This document shows positions 25,170 to 36,302 of a stretch of DNA of 47,085 nt, piece after piece. The notes below the pieces were generated by a model. That model ran no database searches and was not told where the DNA came from. It was given only the letters and a program-made list of their open reading frames with translations. Origin of the DNA: Phoronis australis (Eukaryota; Animalia; Phoronida); the NCBI GenBank assembly GCA_002633005.1, contig NMRA01000865.1:67328-114412 (forward strand), in the 5' to 3' direction. The translations under genes and the position numbers were made by a program. Each line of letters opens with the position of its first letter. Positions within the stretch are counted from its first letter, which is position 1.

Positions 25170-27075
25170 GTGACCATATTTGTGCAAATTTGGGTATGAG
25201 TCACGCCACCAGCAAAAATTTTTATCGTAATCTATTTTGCCCGGGGTACGCCACGAGCTATGTTGCAGAGTAAAACAAGAGTAGGATTGCGAATATTGTC
25301 ATTTATTATGACGTAAATAGATAAAACTAACTAAGACTCTGCAAGATGGGCATGGACAAAACGCCATAATAGCAGCACGGGAATGCTGACATCGCCCATC
25401 CGAGGAAGCGGAACCCGGGAAATAACAAGGTTAGACTATGATAATATAGGTACTAATAACGGTATAACAGAAAACTTGAATACAAAAGTCTAGAATATAA
25501 AAAACAAGAACATAACACACTGGAAGTAAAGGTAAATAGAACTAATGACTAGAAATTGAAGCCTGCAACTACAGACCGTGGGCCGCACGCTGCTACAACA
25601 GACCTGCGAACGTGAGCAGGCCGGCTGCAACAACAGACCTGACCTAGGGGGCTGAAACCACAGACCCAGAGGAGTGGGAGGGGCTGAAAAGCAAAGTGAG
25701 AGAAATGGGGAGCTGCAACAACAGGCTCACCAGGGGTTCAGGAAGCCTGGGGAAGAGGGAAAAGCAGACATGCGAATGTATTTTTTAGTGCGTCAGAATT
25801 CCAGCGCCCCATGCGCTGGATCACCGGTTCAGGGACGCCACGGCTGACCGCTGAGGTGGCGGCGCCAATGCGAAAGCTATGAGACGTATAAGGCTTGGTG
25901 TCGAGTCCTACAAAGGAAACCACTTTAGTTAACATGGACTTGAAGCAGGAACGTGTAACCGGTGATCCACTGAGGTGTTGGAACAAGGGGCCAGGAGAGG
26001 GCTGAAAAGTAGACAAGTACAAGGTTAGGGCAGCTACTGGGAAATGGGGAGATTGGCTGGACGGAGTTGTAAGTGAGACTGGTCCCGAGCTGTGCTTGAA
26101 GGTACGCATAGTGATGACCACAGAATCGCCAGAGGGGGGAAGACGACGTCGCTGACCTGTATGACGTGGGAGGAGAGCGAGGAGATGACTGTGAATTCAT
26201 CGACCCTGAGCAAAGCATGGAAGGCTAGGAGGAACATAGCACGTGCGAGAACCGAGTCGGCAAAAGAGCCGAGTGCAGAAGGGCAGGCGTCAAACAAGCG
26301 GTGGAGCAAAGCGGAAGTAATGGGCATGCGTGTGTCAGAAGAAGGGCGCAGATTGGAAGTGCCTTCGAGGAGTTTTTTTGATGAAAAAGGAGGAAGTGGG
26401 GTCAGGGAGGTTGTCAAGCTTGTGGACAAAACTAATGGCAGAGACATAGGACTGAATAGACGAGCTACTACGGCCAGATTCGAAGAGACGGAAGATGTAG
26501 TGGGCCAGGAAAGAGGTATTAATGGGCAAGGAGAGCGGAGAGTTGTTAGAGAAGAGGTGAAACTGTGCGAGGTTATGCAGGATGCGGGTGTAGGAATGAA
26601 GAGTGGAGGGGGCCAGGGAAGCCCGGGGCAGTCTGGTCACTCTGTCAGGAGGTGCGGCGAGAACGGTGTCGGATGAGGGCCGAGCCAAGAACCCTGGGAA
26701 AAGGCGACCTGAAAGTTGAAACAAGAAAGTGCATCAGCGATGGTGTTAGTGTAGCCGGGGATATGTTTTAACCGAAAATGAACGCTAAAGGTAAGAGAGG
26801 AGATGACCAGACGACGAACAAGAGACATAATAGGGGCGTGGCGGGAGGAGGTCTTGTTGATAATATCAACGCCGGCACGGTTGTCGCACAGGAAGAGGAT
26901 CTTGTGGTTGGCGAGCTTTGAACCCCACAGCTCTAGCGCTATGACGAGAGGAATGAGTTCCTTGAAGGTGATGTGATGGCGTTGCAGGTGCTCGGGCCAC
27001 GGACAGACAAACCAGGAAGCTCCCAATGTCGCAGCAAAACCCCCATTGTAACCCGCAGCATCAGAGTACAGTTTG
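25170..27075 (-). mobile_element. 5'-truncated DIRS/Ngaro-type tyrosine-recombinase retrotransposon (RNase H + YR, frameshifted)
   Basis: RNase H motifs LYSDAAG, ITFKELIPLVIALELWG, CDN, HIPGYTNTIADALS (27075..26640). Overlapping YR: SLAPSTLHSY, AFHALLRVDEF, HSFRIGAATSA, RMGRWNSDA (26640..25770), broken by three frameshifts. The 3' non-coding boundary is approximate. Confidence 0.9.
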
Positions 27076-27184
27076 ATGGCGTCTGTGAAAATTTGGCATG
27101 TCCAAAAACAATTTCTATTTCGTTTTCATTTTACACAAGCATAAAAAACCGACATCATATACAAACTGTGTAGAATTATAACTT

Positions 27185-27560
27185 ATTATTTGGGTGTTGC
27201 TCTAGGAACGTTAGTCCTATCCTTCTGCTGTCTAGACCACCGAGGAATCTGTATATCGGATCCAATGGTTTGCTCGTCTTGGAACCATTCTACCCAGACA
27301 TCTTCGATGTTTGTTCCCAACGCTTGCACTTCGTCAGCTGATGTGTCAATAAGCTTGTAAGCCTCATTATCTCGTTTCGTAGCTCAGTTGGCACTAAGCG
27401 CCCTGAGGTTGCCAAATCCAATCAAAAGACTTACAAGCGCATTGCCAAATAAATTTGATCCGTTGATCATGGACTACTTCAAACCTTGACGATGTATCCC
27501 AAGACCAATTTGCATCTCTTGCAATTTTCGAAATAAACGTCCCAATGTCTGAACGCTTGA
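27185..27560 (-). pseudogene. Degenerate hAT transposase fragment (Tip100/THAP12-ZMYM type)
   Basis: Minus-strand translation ...NLRALSAN*ATKRDNEAYKLID...WVEWFQDEQTIGSDIQIPRWSRQQKDRTNVPRATPK* resembles the PRxxxRQxxRxNxPxxxP segment of this hAT group. It contains stops. Confidence 0.55.
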
Positions 27561-28155
27561 AACCCGAAGTACTAACATCAAATAAATGACCATGGGCATG
27601 GACGTTTCATCGGATAAGACGGCAGTGGTGCTTATTGCAGGTAGAAAGACGGTAGGTGTTGAGGTCGGAACTAGGGCTCCTTTGGAGGCCTATTGAACAT
27701 CGCACGAGTCCCTCAAAACTTTGTTGTGAAAGTACAGCCTCCCCGCAATTTCTGGTACTGTACACTGTTCCCGAATGCGGTCACTTTGTCAACGTGAGTG
27801 CCCCCTTGGTCATTCCTTGTATAGACATAACTTGTTAAAGTGCATCTTCAAACGGACTCGCGACCAGACCACGGCGCCCGCAACAATAGCAATTCTTCGG
27901 AAAACGATATTTTTTTCAAAAATATTACATGTACATGTACACTGTATGATATTGCGCAAGACAACTTTACTATACACCAGCTAAATTCGAGTTACAAACG
28001 TGTGGAGTGTAATAGGTAATAGCTCTTTTACGGCATGACAGATGAGGTAAAAACGCTGCACGTCAATTCGCCTGAGTATCAAGGATCAGGGTTGCGGCAC
28101 TACAGTATTTCCCCTAATCAAATCAAAACATATCTTAGAGTAAGAAAGCTAATTA

Positions 28156-28342
28156 TATGCGTGCATCCAGCCTTCAATATGTGGGGCTCGAATTCCTGAA
28201 TTCCAGACTTTGTGGACCTATTGGTAACAAAAAAGTGGGCGGACTAAAAAAACGGAAGTACCACTGTGGACCTTTTTGACCACTTCGCCAAATGAGGGGC
28301 TCATTCAAGCCCCCAAACCCCCCCCCCCTGGGTGCGCGCATG
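28156..28342. mobile_element. MITE with 5-bp TSD AATTA
   Basis: AATTA|TATGCGTGCATCCAG ... CTGGGTGCGCGCATG|AATTA. Confidence 0.8.
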
Positions 28343-28378
28343 AATTACCTAAAGAAATCAGCTATAGAGCTACTCTTT

Positions 28379-28760
28379 CAGCGGTGGATCCCGGATGCTT
28401 GGCTACTTCAGAAGTGTCGACGAATGCGCGCGCAGAATTGATCTCCGCGCGTTTTGCCGATGATCCACGTACACTCTATCACAGTGCTAAACGAAACTTT
28501 GCAGTACATGTGACGCTGTGTCAGAGGGTAATGATCCACGAAGACTCGAAATGCTTTGATTTTCAGCAATTTACAATGCAAAAAAATTATTTTCAGAGTG
28601 AGCCCCCCCACTCATTTTTTCCAAGTTTGTTTATTTGGAGGTTACACACGCTGGCGGTGCCGTTTTTTTGCTGGAGACGTTTTTGTTTTTTTTTTATTTT
28701 TGGGTCCTGGCCCAAAGGGGGTGGTTAAACCCCTTGAACCCCCCCTTAGATCCGCCACTG
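28379..28760. mobile_element. hAT-like MITE (TSD not preserved)
   Basis: CAGCGGTGGATCC ... AGATCCGCCACTG. Related single ends or fragments at 16908, 24201..24315, 24906 and 33257. Confidence 0.6.
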
Positions 28761-29339
28761 AAAAGAGAACGAAGACTGAAGCTGTGAAGAGGGGCCAAGC
28801 GAGGACAAGTGAATCAATTTTTGCCCAAATGCCAGGACGGTCGCGCTCTCAGCCAACAGAGTTACCAATTAATACTAAGTATAGGACTAAGACAATGGCC
28901 GAACAAATACACAACAAACTGTACATTCTACATCATATAAAGAGACCCGGCCTCAAGACACACTGATGGCGGCTCAAAGACGACACGTCAGCGGTTAGCC
29001 ACGGCCCACTCTCAATGGTCGGCTGGAATGCACAAGGTCTTACATTTTGTTTTTCGGTAATTCAATAATACGCATTTTTGTCGAAATTAAAGCTTTCAAA
29101 TCTTCAGCTTTGCATTGGTTTTTACTGGCAATCCGTCTTTTGTCGATCACGAGCCTTGCTCGACAGCCCGGCGGAGGGCGGTACTGAAATTAGGGTTTTC
29201 ACCAATCATTATGACAACACTAACTGAGATGCAAGAGCCTCTAATAGGTAAGTAGGTACATGAAATGGGTTTTGACACTTGATCATATCTGATTCGTTTT
29301 CGTCAGTGCCTATCGTTTGCTATGTCAGTTTTTTTACAA

Positions 29340-29565
29340 AAATTGCTTTGTGAGCAAATTTGAGTCAGCCTAAGCCTAATAATCAGAGAGAGACTACAAG
29401 AGAATACAGATACATCGCAGTTGTTAACTGGAAAGCCCAGAATAAGATACAAACCGGATAATGAAAATGATTGAAACAGAAATATAACAAACGCTGTGTA
29501 CACCAGTCAGACATTCGGCTCAGTCACGGCGATCATTTTCTTAGTTTACACACTAGATGTCGCAA
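29340..29565 (+). repeat. Dispersed repeat related to about 40640..40885
   Basis: Shared AGAGAGAC..AGATAC and TTTTCTTAGYTTACACACTAGATGTCGC. Confidence 0.6.
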
Positions 29566-30494
29566 ATGCTTGTCAATCTCAAGGTCACATGTAAAAACTT
29601 GAGATAGCAACGTAGACAGGATTCCAAGTTCACGTATGATTTCAAATTCTCGCATGACATTAATACTTGGCCTACAGGTATGTTTATGAGATTTTTCAGC
29701 TATTCATGATATTGTGTGCGTGTGTAACGAAACATGTGAGTGCACATTGTTGTAATGAAGACTGTACGCTTGTCATTTCTACACGGCCGGGGATAAAGGA
29801 AGGCACCGGCTTAACCAGCCGGCGGCCGGGCGATCCATCGGCCTACTGCTGGGATTGTCTAGTAAAATTAACCGCAGGACTCTGCTAAACCCCTTAAAAA
29901 TCCATCCGAGGGGCAGCCTCTCGTTTCGCATTTGGTATCGCTACCGGAATAGCAGCCAGCACAACCAAGTCGTTTCTCCTGTTGCAAAAGCCCCGCGTTG
30001 AGTTATGTCCGGATTATCTTATGCTTCGTTCGACTTAGCCAGGGTGTTATGGAATGACGTCATCATTTAGGTCATCTGCCATCATGTTTGCGGAGGCGGC
30101 GGACAAGGATTTCAGTTTGAAGCAGACACACATTGCGTAGCTGAATTCTCCTTGCTCGAACAGGGGGATAGAGCTACTACGCCGTTCTATCGTCTGCCAA
30201 AGAATATTTCAAAGTCTTGTCTCTGGAGTAAGAGTCGAATCAATTTTTTCGTTTTAAGGAAATTTCTCAATCATCGGAAAGATAATGCACAAAAGATTTT
30301 TGTCAAAATCAGGTTAAGCAGTACAAAGTTGTTGCGAACTGAATTTGGGAGGATCGGGTCAATGAGATATTATACCGTCATGTGTTCAGAAACTTTATTG
30401 TAATTCAAGTGAGGCGGTGATTAAATTCCTACTATTGTTCACGGAAGTAAATAATATTTTCATTTGTGGTAAGTCAGTTTTGTTGTTATTATAT

Positions 30495-30639
30495 CATGGG
30501 CGGCGCAGCACTGAATTGGGGCTATAGCTCCCCAACTCCCTGTGGTGCACCGCCCATGTGGGCGACGCAGCACTGAAAAAAGTGGGGGCTTCAGCCCTCC
30601 ATCTAAAGCCCCCTATCCCCCTATGGTGCGCCGCCCGTG
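30495..30639. mobile_element. Dimeric mini-MITE with 5-bp TSD TATAT
   Basis: TATAT|CATGGGCGGCGCAGCA..TGGTGCACCGCCCATG then TGGGCGACGCAGCA..TGGTGCGCCGCCCGTG|TATAT. Confidence 0.78.
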
Positions 30640-31146
30640 TATATTCGACACTATATTTAGACTCGTTGGTATTTTACCGCCGTCAGAGTTTCCCCGAATT
30701 CCAATAAAAGCTGTACAAATATCTCGCGTGTAAGTGAAATTCTTCACTTGACGGTTGCCAATCCACGATTCTGACGTACATGTACTTCGATTTTCCTGAA
30801 AGAGAAATGCAGTAATTAAGATTTGTTGTCAAGTAATATAAATCTAAAGCTTTTTACAGGCTTAAAGATTGGGTTTGTGTTTTGTGTAGGTCCCTCTCCT
30901 TCCGATCAAAGAATGTCTCTTGCGTTTATGTAACCATAATGATTTCAATCGATAGTCAAAACTTCACAATCGTTGACAGTGGCGGCATTTCCCCTAACTC
31001 TAACGGTTTATAAATAACTCAAGATTGTGAATGGAAAAACCTGGCAGGTGATTGGTCTTCTGACGGCTGATTTGCGCCTAGGTTTTTTGGAAGTGGGTGA
31101 ACCATTTGAGTGAAAGATACAACCATATACACAGAAGGAAACTTAA

Positions 31147-32782
31147 AAGGGAACTGTAATTTATTCTGAATAAATTCTGGATAGTTTTCTATGAATTGTT
31201 GATTAATTTCACAAATAATTCAACACCAAAAATTAAACTTATATTCTCTAACGAAGCTAAAAAAAATTACCGGCTTGGAGCGCTGCTTAGTCTCGTGACG
31301 TATTTGGCGGGGGCAAAGTCACAAGTTAGCGTGCAATCAAGTAGCGTTTTTCATCTTGTCGGAATAAGAAATTTTAGTGTGAAATGTCGGGTCACCAGGG
31401 ATACCTGTTTGAGCCGAGGCAACACAAAGTGATACCCAGTCATCGTCATCGTCAGACGAAAATTTGCCGGTGCAACTGGTGTCAGTGACTGTGCCGAGGG
31501 CAATGTGGACTCTAGCCATCCAGTCAGCCAGCTGTCAGCCAATACTCCGGCAGCTCTGTAAACTTGAAGGGTTGGTAAGTTACCTACTGTAGCTGTATGA
31601 AGACTATCGTACCACTGTGTGTTGAGCTCCGTTAACCCCGAAATTTCAGACAGCCGATGACTACCCGGGTATAGTTGACTCAGTTATGCTCGTCACCTCG
31701 TCGTAAAACTTAGGCTACATCAACATATAAAGCTAACGGACCGGCGGGGGCGCATGCAAAATCTGATATAGTCACCCGACACTTCCATTGTTCGTTGCAG
31801 CCGTTTAAGTGGAAAACAATCAAATAAACGTCCTTTGGTAGCATAATTTGCCGCCTTTTTAACAAAGAAGTGTGTTGTCCGTTTCAAGAACAGCACGCTC
31901 GTGACACGGCGCACGCGCCATTTCATAAAAATTTGAGACGTCTTTCGGGACATCATAACAGCTTCGCAGCACCAAGGTTGTTCTAAAATTCGGTTTGCTG
32001 GTGTAAAAATACTAAAAACTTGAAACAAAATGAAACAAGCTCCGATAATTTGTTATAACATGTACGCAACCTAGGTACCGTCAGCGACGAACACATGATA
32101 AAAGAATCAGGGGGAAAAGAAACTGGTAAAGGTCAGGTGACGTAATCGCAAAAAGCCGACTCAAGAAAACACATCACAATTTTACTAGCACCAGCCGATG
32201 AACGATCGCTAACATTTCCAACACCGGTAAATACAGAAGTTAGTTTACTCTAGGAACCTGTTTCCTAGGTTTACTCAAGGATGACTTAGTTTTAATGACA
32301 TTTATTTGAGTCAGATTTTATTTGCACATTTTTTACCCATATCGGCTTAAACCTGTAGGCCTATATCTAGTATACACTGAGCTTTGGGCCAAGGCTTGGG
32401 TAACCCGGCGATGGTATGCGATGACCATCCCTTTAGAAGACGCCTTTTTCGAAGAGTTTGAGCAACCAGGTGCCATACAAAAAGGCATAGCGAACCTTTT
32501 ACAGCACTGTGGCAAACAATAAAAAAATAAGGACGATTGATACAATGATAAATTACGATGTAAACTCTTCAAATATGACATAAGCAATGAATGTGCAAAG
32601 CAGCCGATACCCCGCCGTTCACGTCACTGACACATCAGCCAATCAGCGATCGCTTTCAGAATTCAGTGTTTTGACCATGAATTCGAATTGGCTTTAGTTT
32701 GGCACGCAAGTCAGGCAAATGTGAGTTTTATTTGTATGTTAGAACCGATTAACTGCAACATTATTTTGACTACAGTCCCCTT
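31147..32782 (-). mobile_element. Non-autonomous Kolobok-like element with TTAA TSD
   Basis: TTAA|AAGGGAACTGTAAT ... ACTACAGTCCCCTT|TTAA. Minus-strand THAP start MPFCMAPGCSNSSKK..IAYHR (about 32490..32405). Plus-strand GYLFEP motif near 31400. Confidence 0.75.
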
Positions 32783-34263
32783 TTAAGCCGACCTTTAGTC
32801 CTTAAAGTTGGTATACCTGCTATAGAAACTGAAAACAATTTACTGTTGTAATTACAAAATGGTCCGAGGAAAATGTCACGCAAACGCACGACTTGACAAA
32901 TTTCTAAACTGAAATCATAAAATCACGTTCTTTCGTTCAAATGAATTAACTTTTTGAGCTTCAGTGCTTTAGATTTATCAATCAGTTTTTATCTATTATA
33001 ATGAATAGCCAAACTAACAAAATTGCTTATTACGCGAACAATGCCATCAAAAACTCAACTTGGACTACGTGGGTTGAGTGAAAATTCAATTTTTTCAAAA
33101 CCTTTGGTGTCTCAGTATTACAAAAGTTTTATTGTGCTATTAAGCCAAACCCAGGACTCCTAAATATATCAATGCTACCATTAAAAGGATTAATTTTGTA
33201 ATCCTGAAATACTGTCAAACAGATGTGTAGAAGCTGAAAAGCTGAAAGATTGTTCAAGGTCGGATCCAGGTTTTTTTTAAAAGGGGGTCTAATTCAACAA
33301 TTTGAAAATAGAAGTTGGAACTGTTGGATCACAGTTTACACAATACTGTCTCGGTCGATACGGGAGTAATGTCTCATGGGGTATTACTTCATGTACGCCA
33401 CTCTCGGTACGTTTTGTGTATATAACATTGTGAGTCCCCACGAGGCGTAGCCCTATTTCACGTTCGACTAAAAAAGGAAACGAGACGTTTCATGAGTTTT
33501 TGTAGCATACCCAATTTCTCATTCCATTAAAGCGTTTTCGGGTGTTAGTGTTTCGTTCGACAAAAAAGTCGATGTCGATACGTTTTCTTAGTAGTGAGTG
33601 ACGTCTGAGGTGATCGAGGATCAGATAAACTCTAGCGCCTGTGTTCTAAACATAGGCATCATAGTATTATGTTGTCTATGGTTCAAAACCTACTTCGTTT
33701 GTACCAAGCAAACATTCCAGCTCAGTGGCGGATCTAGGATATCACAAGGGGAAGGCCAACATTTTTGTCTGTAAACATTTGCGCAAAGCACGATCATTGT
33801 AGATGCGCATAGCACCGAATGGGGGGAGGTCGGGAGGGGGGTTTCCCCCCTTCCGCCCAGGAAAATTTTTCTGTTTTTCCTCTAAAACTCAAGCTTTTTC
33901 CTTGATTCCTGAAGTATTATCAAAGAAAAAAGGCAAAAGAAAAGAAAAACAAAGAAACAGTGAATGTGTCAAACGTGAAAGTATCAGACTCGGACTCACG
34001 ACCTGGTGGATAGAGAGCGCGTGCTTTACCACTGCACCATCACGACTTCACTCGCACATTGATTCTAAGAGACCTACTTGTTTATGGTGCACAGCGCGAA
34101 ACCTACTTCTTTTTGTAATATTTATTACACTTTTTATATTTTGTGCAATTAGTTCGTAACAAATTTGTTGTATTTAAAATAGTCTTCAATTGCCCAAAAG
34201 ACCAAATCTGTTTTTTGTGTTGGTATTAATGACGCGATTGCTTTGGAAATCGTCTTAAGTTAA

Positions 34264-35229
34264 ACAGTACACACCATGGATTTTTGCACATTTTGAATTA
34301 CAGGTGGCCACAAACTAAATGCGTGAAGTAAAGTTTAGCTAAACCCACGTTTATTTTGTGTAATTAGCTCGAAATTTTGATTTTTCTTTCAATTTTGCCA
34401 ATTTTCACATTTCCCGCCATGTGACGTCATGGGTTGAACACAAGAGATTAGTGACTAGCACTGAACAATGGCGGAAAGCAGGGAATTTGAAAGCGACGAC
34501 GATTATGAGCAAAAATTGAACGAATACTATGAAGAAACGTACGGGAATGGTGGCCAAGATAAGGAAATGGGGTTGCACGAAAGCGAGAATAAGTTTAATG
34601 TGCTTCCGGCAGCGTACTTTTCTACTTTGAGCCTTACGAACTGGATCATCCCGCGAGAGAAGCGGCCTCGGGCTCGGCGAGTCAACCCAGTCGTCATCCA
34701 ACAGACGATCCTGAACTAAAAGCTGATGTTTCTGAATGATAAATATTGTCCTTTATTGAACCAGGCCTTCATCGTAACGTCTCTTGTGACTGGAGTCGAA
34801 ACGCGAGTTCTCAAAGTGGGCAGAACACAGAGTGGCCCCGGACCGAATCGCTTGGTCCACGATGACGTCCCACACTCTCGTTCGGCGCACGAAGCGATGC
34901 CACTTCTGCGCAACTTTGGTATCCTTCGGAACACCGAGACGTTCTCCGCCTGGCTACTGTTGCTGCAGCCTCTGGAAACACATCTTTTGATACCTCTACG
35001 AACCTTCTCGACGCTAAATGTATTTTGCTTTCTCTTCACTCAATACACTTTGTCTCTGATCCGAACAGTATGGCGAACGACTTGGGTTCAACCCATGACG
35101 TTGTACATAATTGTTATTTTTTTCAATTTTTGCGTGTTTCTTTATGAGCTGTGCACTAAAGGCACTGAAATCTAGTAAGATATAATAATAAAATTTATTT
35201 TGAGGTACAAGAGTCATGTTGTGTACACT
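34264..35229 (-). mobile_element. Non-autonomous Kolobok-like element with TTAA TSD and a frameshifted THAP domain
   Basis: TTAA|ACAGTACACACCATG ... CATGTTGTGTACACT|TTAA. Internal inverted motif ACGTCATGGGTTGAAC (about 34425 and 35087). Minus-strand THAP: KRCVSRGCSNS..(frameshift)PKDTKVAQKWHRFVRRTR..TLCSAHFENSRF. Plus-strand acidic ORF from 34468 followed by a frameshifted FYFEP. Confidence 0.8.
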
Positions 35230-35307
35230 TTAAGGTTTGACAAAGAGAATTATGAGTTTCTGAGTGATTCACTAAGGCTTCGATTAAAATTCACATCTTA
35301 CCAGCAG

Positions 35308-35342
35308 CATAGACTATAGTACATGGCTGTCTATAATCTATG
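35308..35342. mobile_element. 35-bp micro-element with CATAGA termini and a 7-bp TSD (P-element-like)
   Basis: CCAGCAG|CATAGACTATAG-tacatggctgt-CTATAATCTATG|CCAGCAG. Confidence 0.75.
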
Positions 35343-36302
35343 CCAGCAGCTTCTGTTTTTTCATCGTCACTCAGATTCCATTTTCTTTAAATTGAAGCAA
35401 TTTTCTTCATTGCACAGTGGAGCAGACGACGGAAATGGAGTCGTAGTGCGCAGCGCCACTGCCGGTCGTCTGAGATATCGCGGGAGAGCCTATACGTAGC
35501 CATAGTTCCGTTATGATTGCGCCGTGTTCCGAATTAGACACTTGAAATTGGATCTGAGCCCCCCCCCCAGCCGTATAATGTTAATTACCGGGGTTAATTA
35601 ATAAACTCAACATTTCCCTGCGCTCTTGCTGTTTTATTTTTTGCGGCAGCCAAGGGGGGGAGGACCACTCTCCCCCCTAAATCCGCCTATGCAGCTAAGT
35701 TCTATATTCCGTAGCAATAACCAACAACGGAACGAAGCGAATGCGAACAAATCCCAAGCATGCTCGGCGCAAGCTTAGTGGCACGATATCGAAGTTAGCA
35801 TTCCCGGTCTACTATTCTATGGTTTCAATTCTTTATAGGTTTTTAGTGTATACTGAATTTCTGAGAAATAGTTTCTTCGGTGAAGCTGTAATTATCGCCC
35901 CAAAGATGTCGAAAAAATTGCCAATGGCGCGTGTGCGTGTCACGAGCTTACTGTTTTCAACTCGCTGATAAACTTTTCGTTGTGGCTAAGGTCGAAAATG
36001 ACGTTTATTTAGATTGTTATTTTTAATGTTAAGTAGGGTATCACCAGATTGAATGAAATGAAACCTAAAGCCAAACTAATGGACGTTTCTGTTTCGCAGC
36101 AAGTTGACAAGCACAAGCAAATCAGATTTATTGAACCTGCTTCGACAGGCTACACATTGGACGTATCAGTATCGTAGCTGGTTATTTCAACTTCATACAC
36201 AAAAGCTGTGTGACTTCGTGTCTTTTCATTCGTTTATACTTTGCATTTCAGGAAGGGATATTGGAGGACTTGAAAAATAAAATCTACAAATGAAGAAAAA
36301 AG

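Larger units (their letters stand above)
33723..35691. mobile_element. hAT-like element of the 2246 family with 5-bp TSD CAGCT, carrying nested insertions
   Basis: CAGCT|CAGTGGCGGATCTAGGATA ... CCCTAAATCCGCCTATG|CAGCT. Both ends align with 2246..2562. Confidence 0.82.

Noticed and set aside
26092-26771. Plus-strand ORFs of 194 and 68 aa
   Set aside because: They are antisense shadows of the minus-strand YR/RNase H coding sequence.
24906-28760. Possible single large hAT element enclosing the DIRS fragment and the hAT transposase remnant
   Set aside because: The termini are compatible, but the flanks (TTATT vs AAAAG) give no TSD, so it cannot be supported.
34726-35175. 149-aa plus-strand ORF
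   Set aside because: It is antisense to the THAP remnant in the Kolobok-like element.
35400-36300. Metal-response elements (TGCRCNC) upstream of the ZIP gene
   Set aside because: Only about two matches (near 35446 and 35619), both inside a transposon, which is about what chance predicts.
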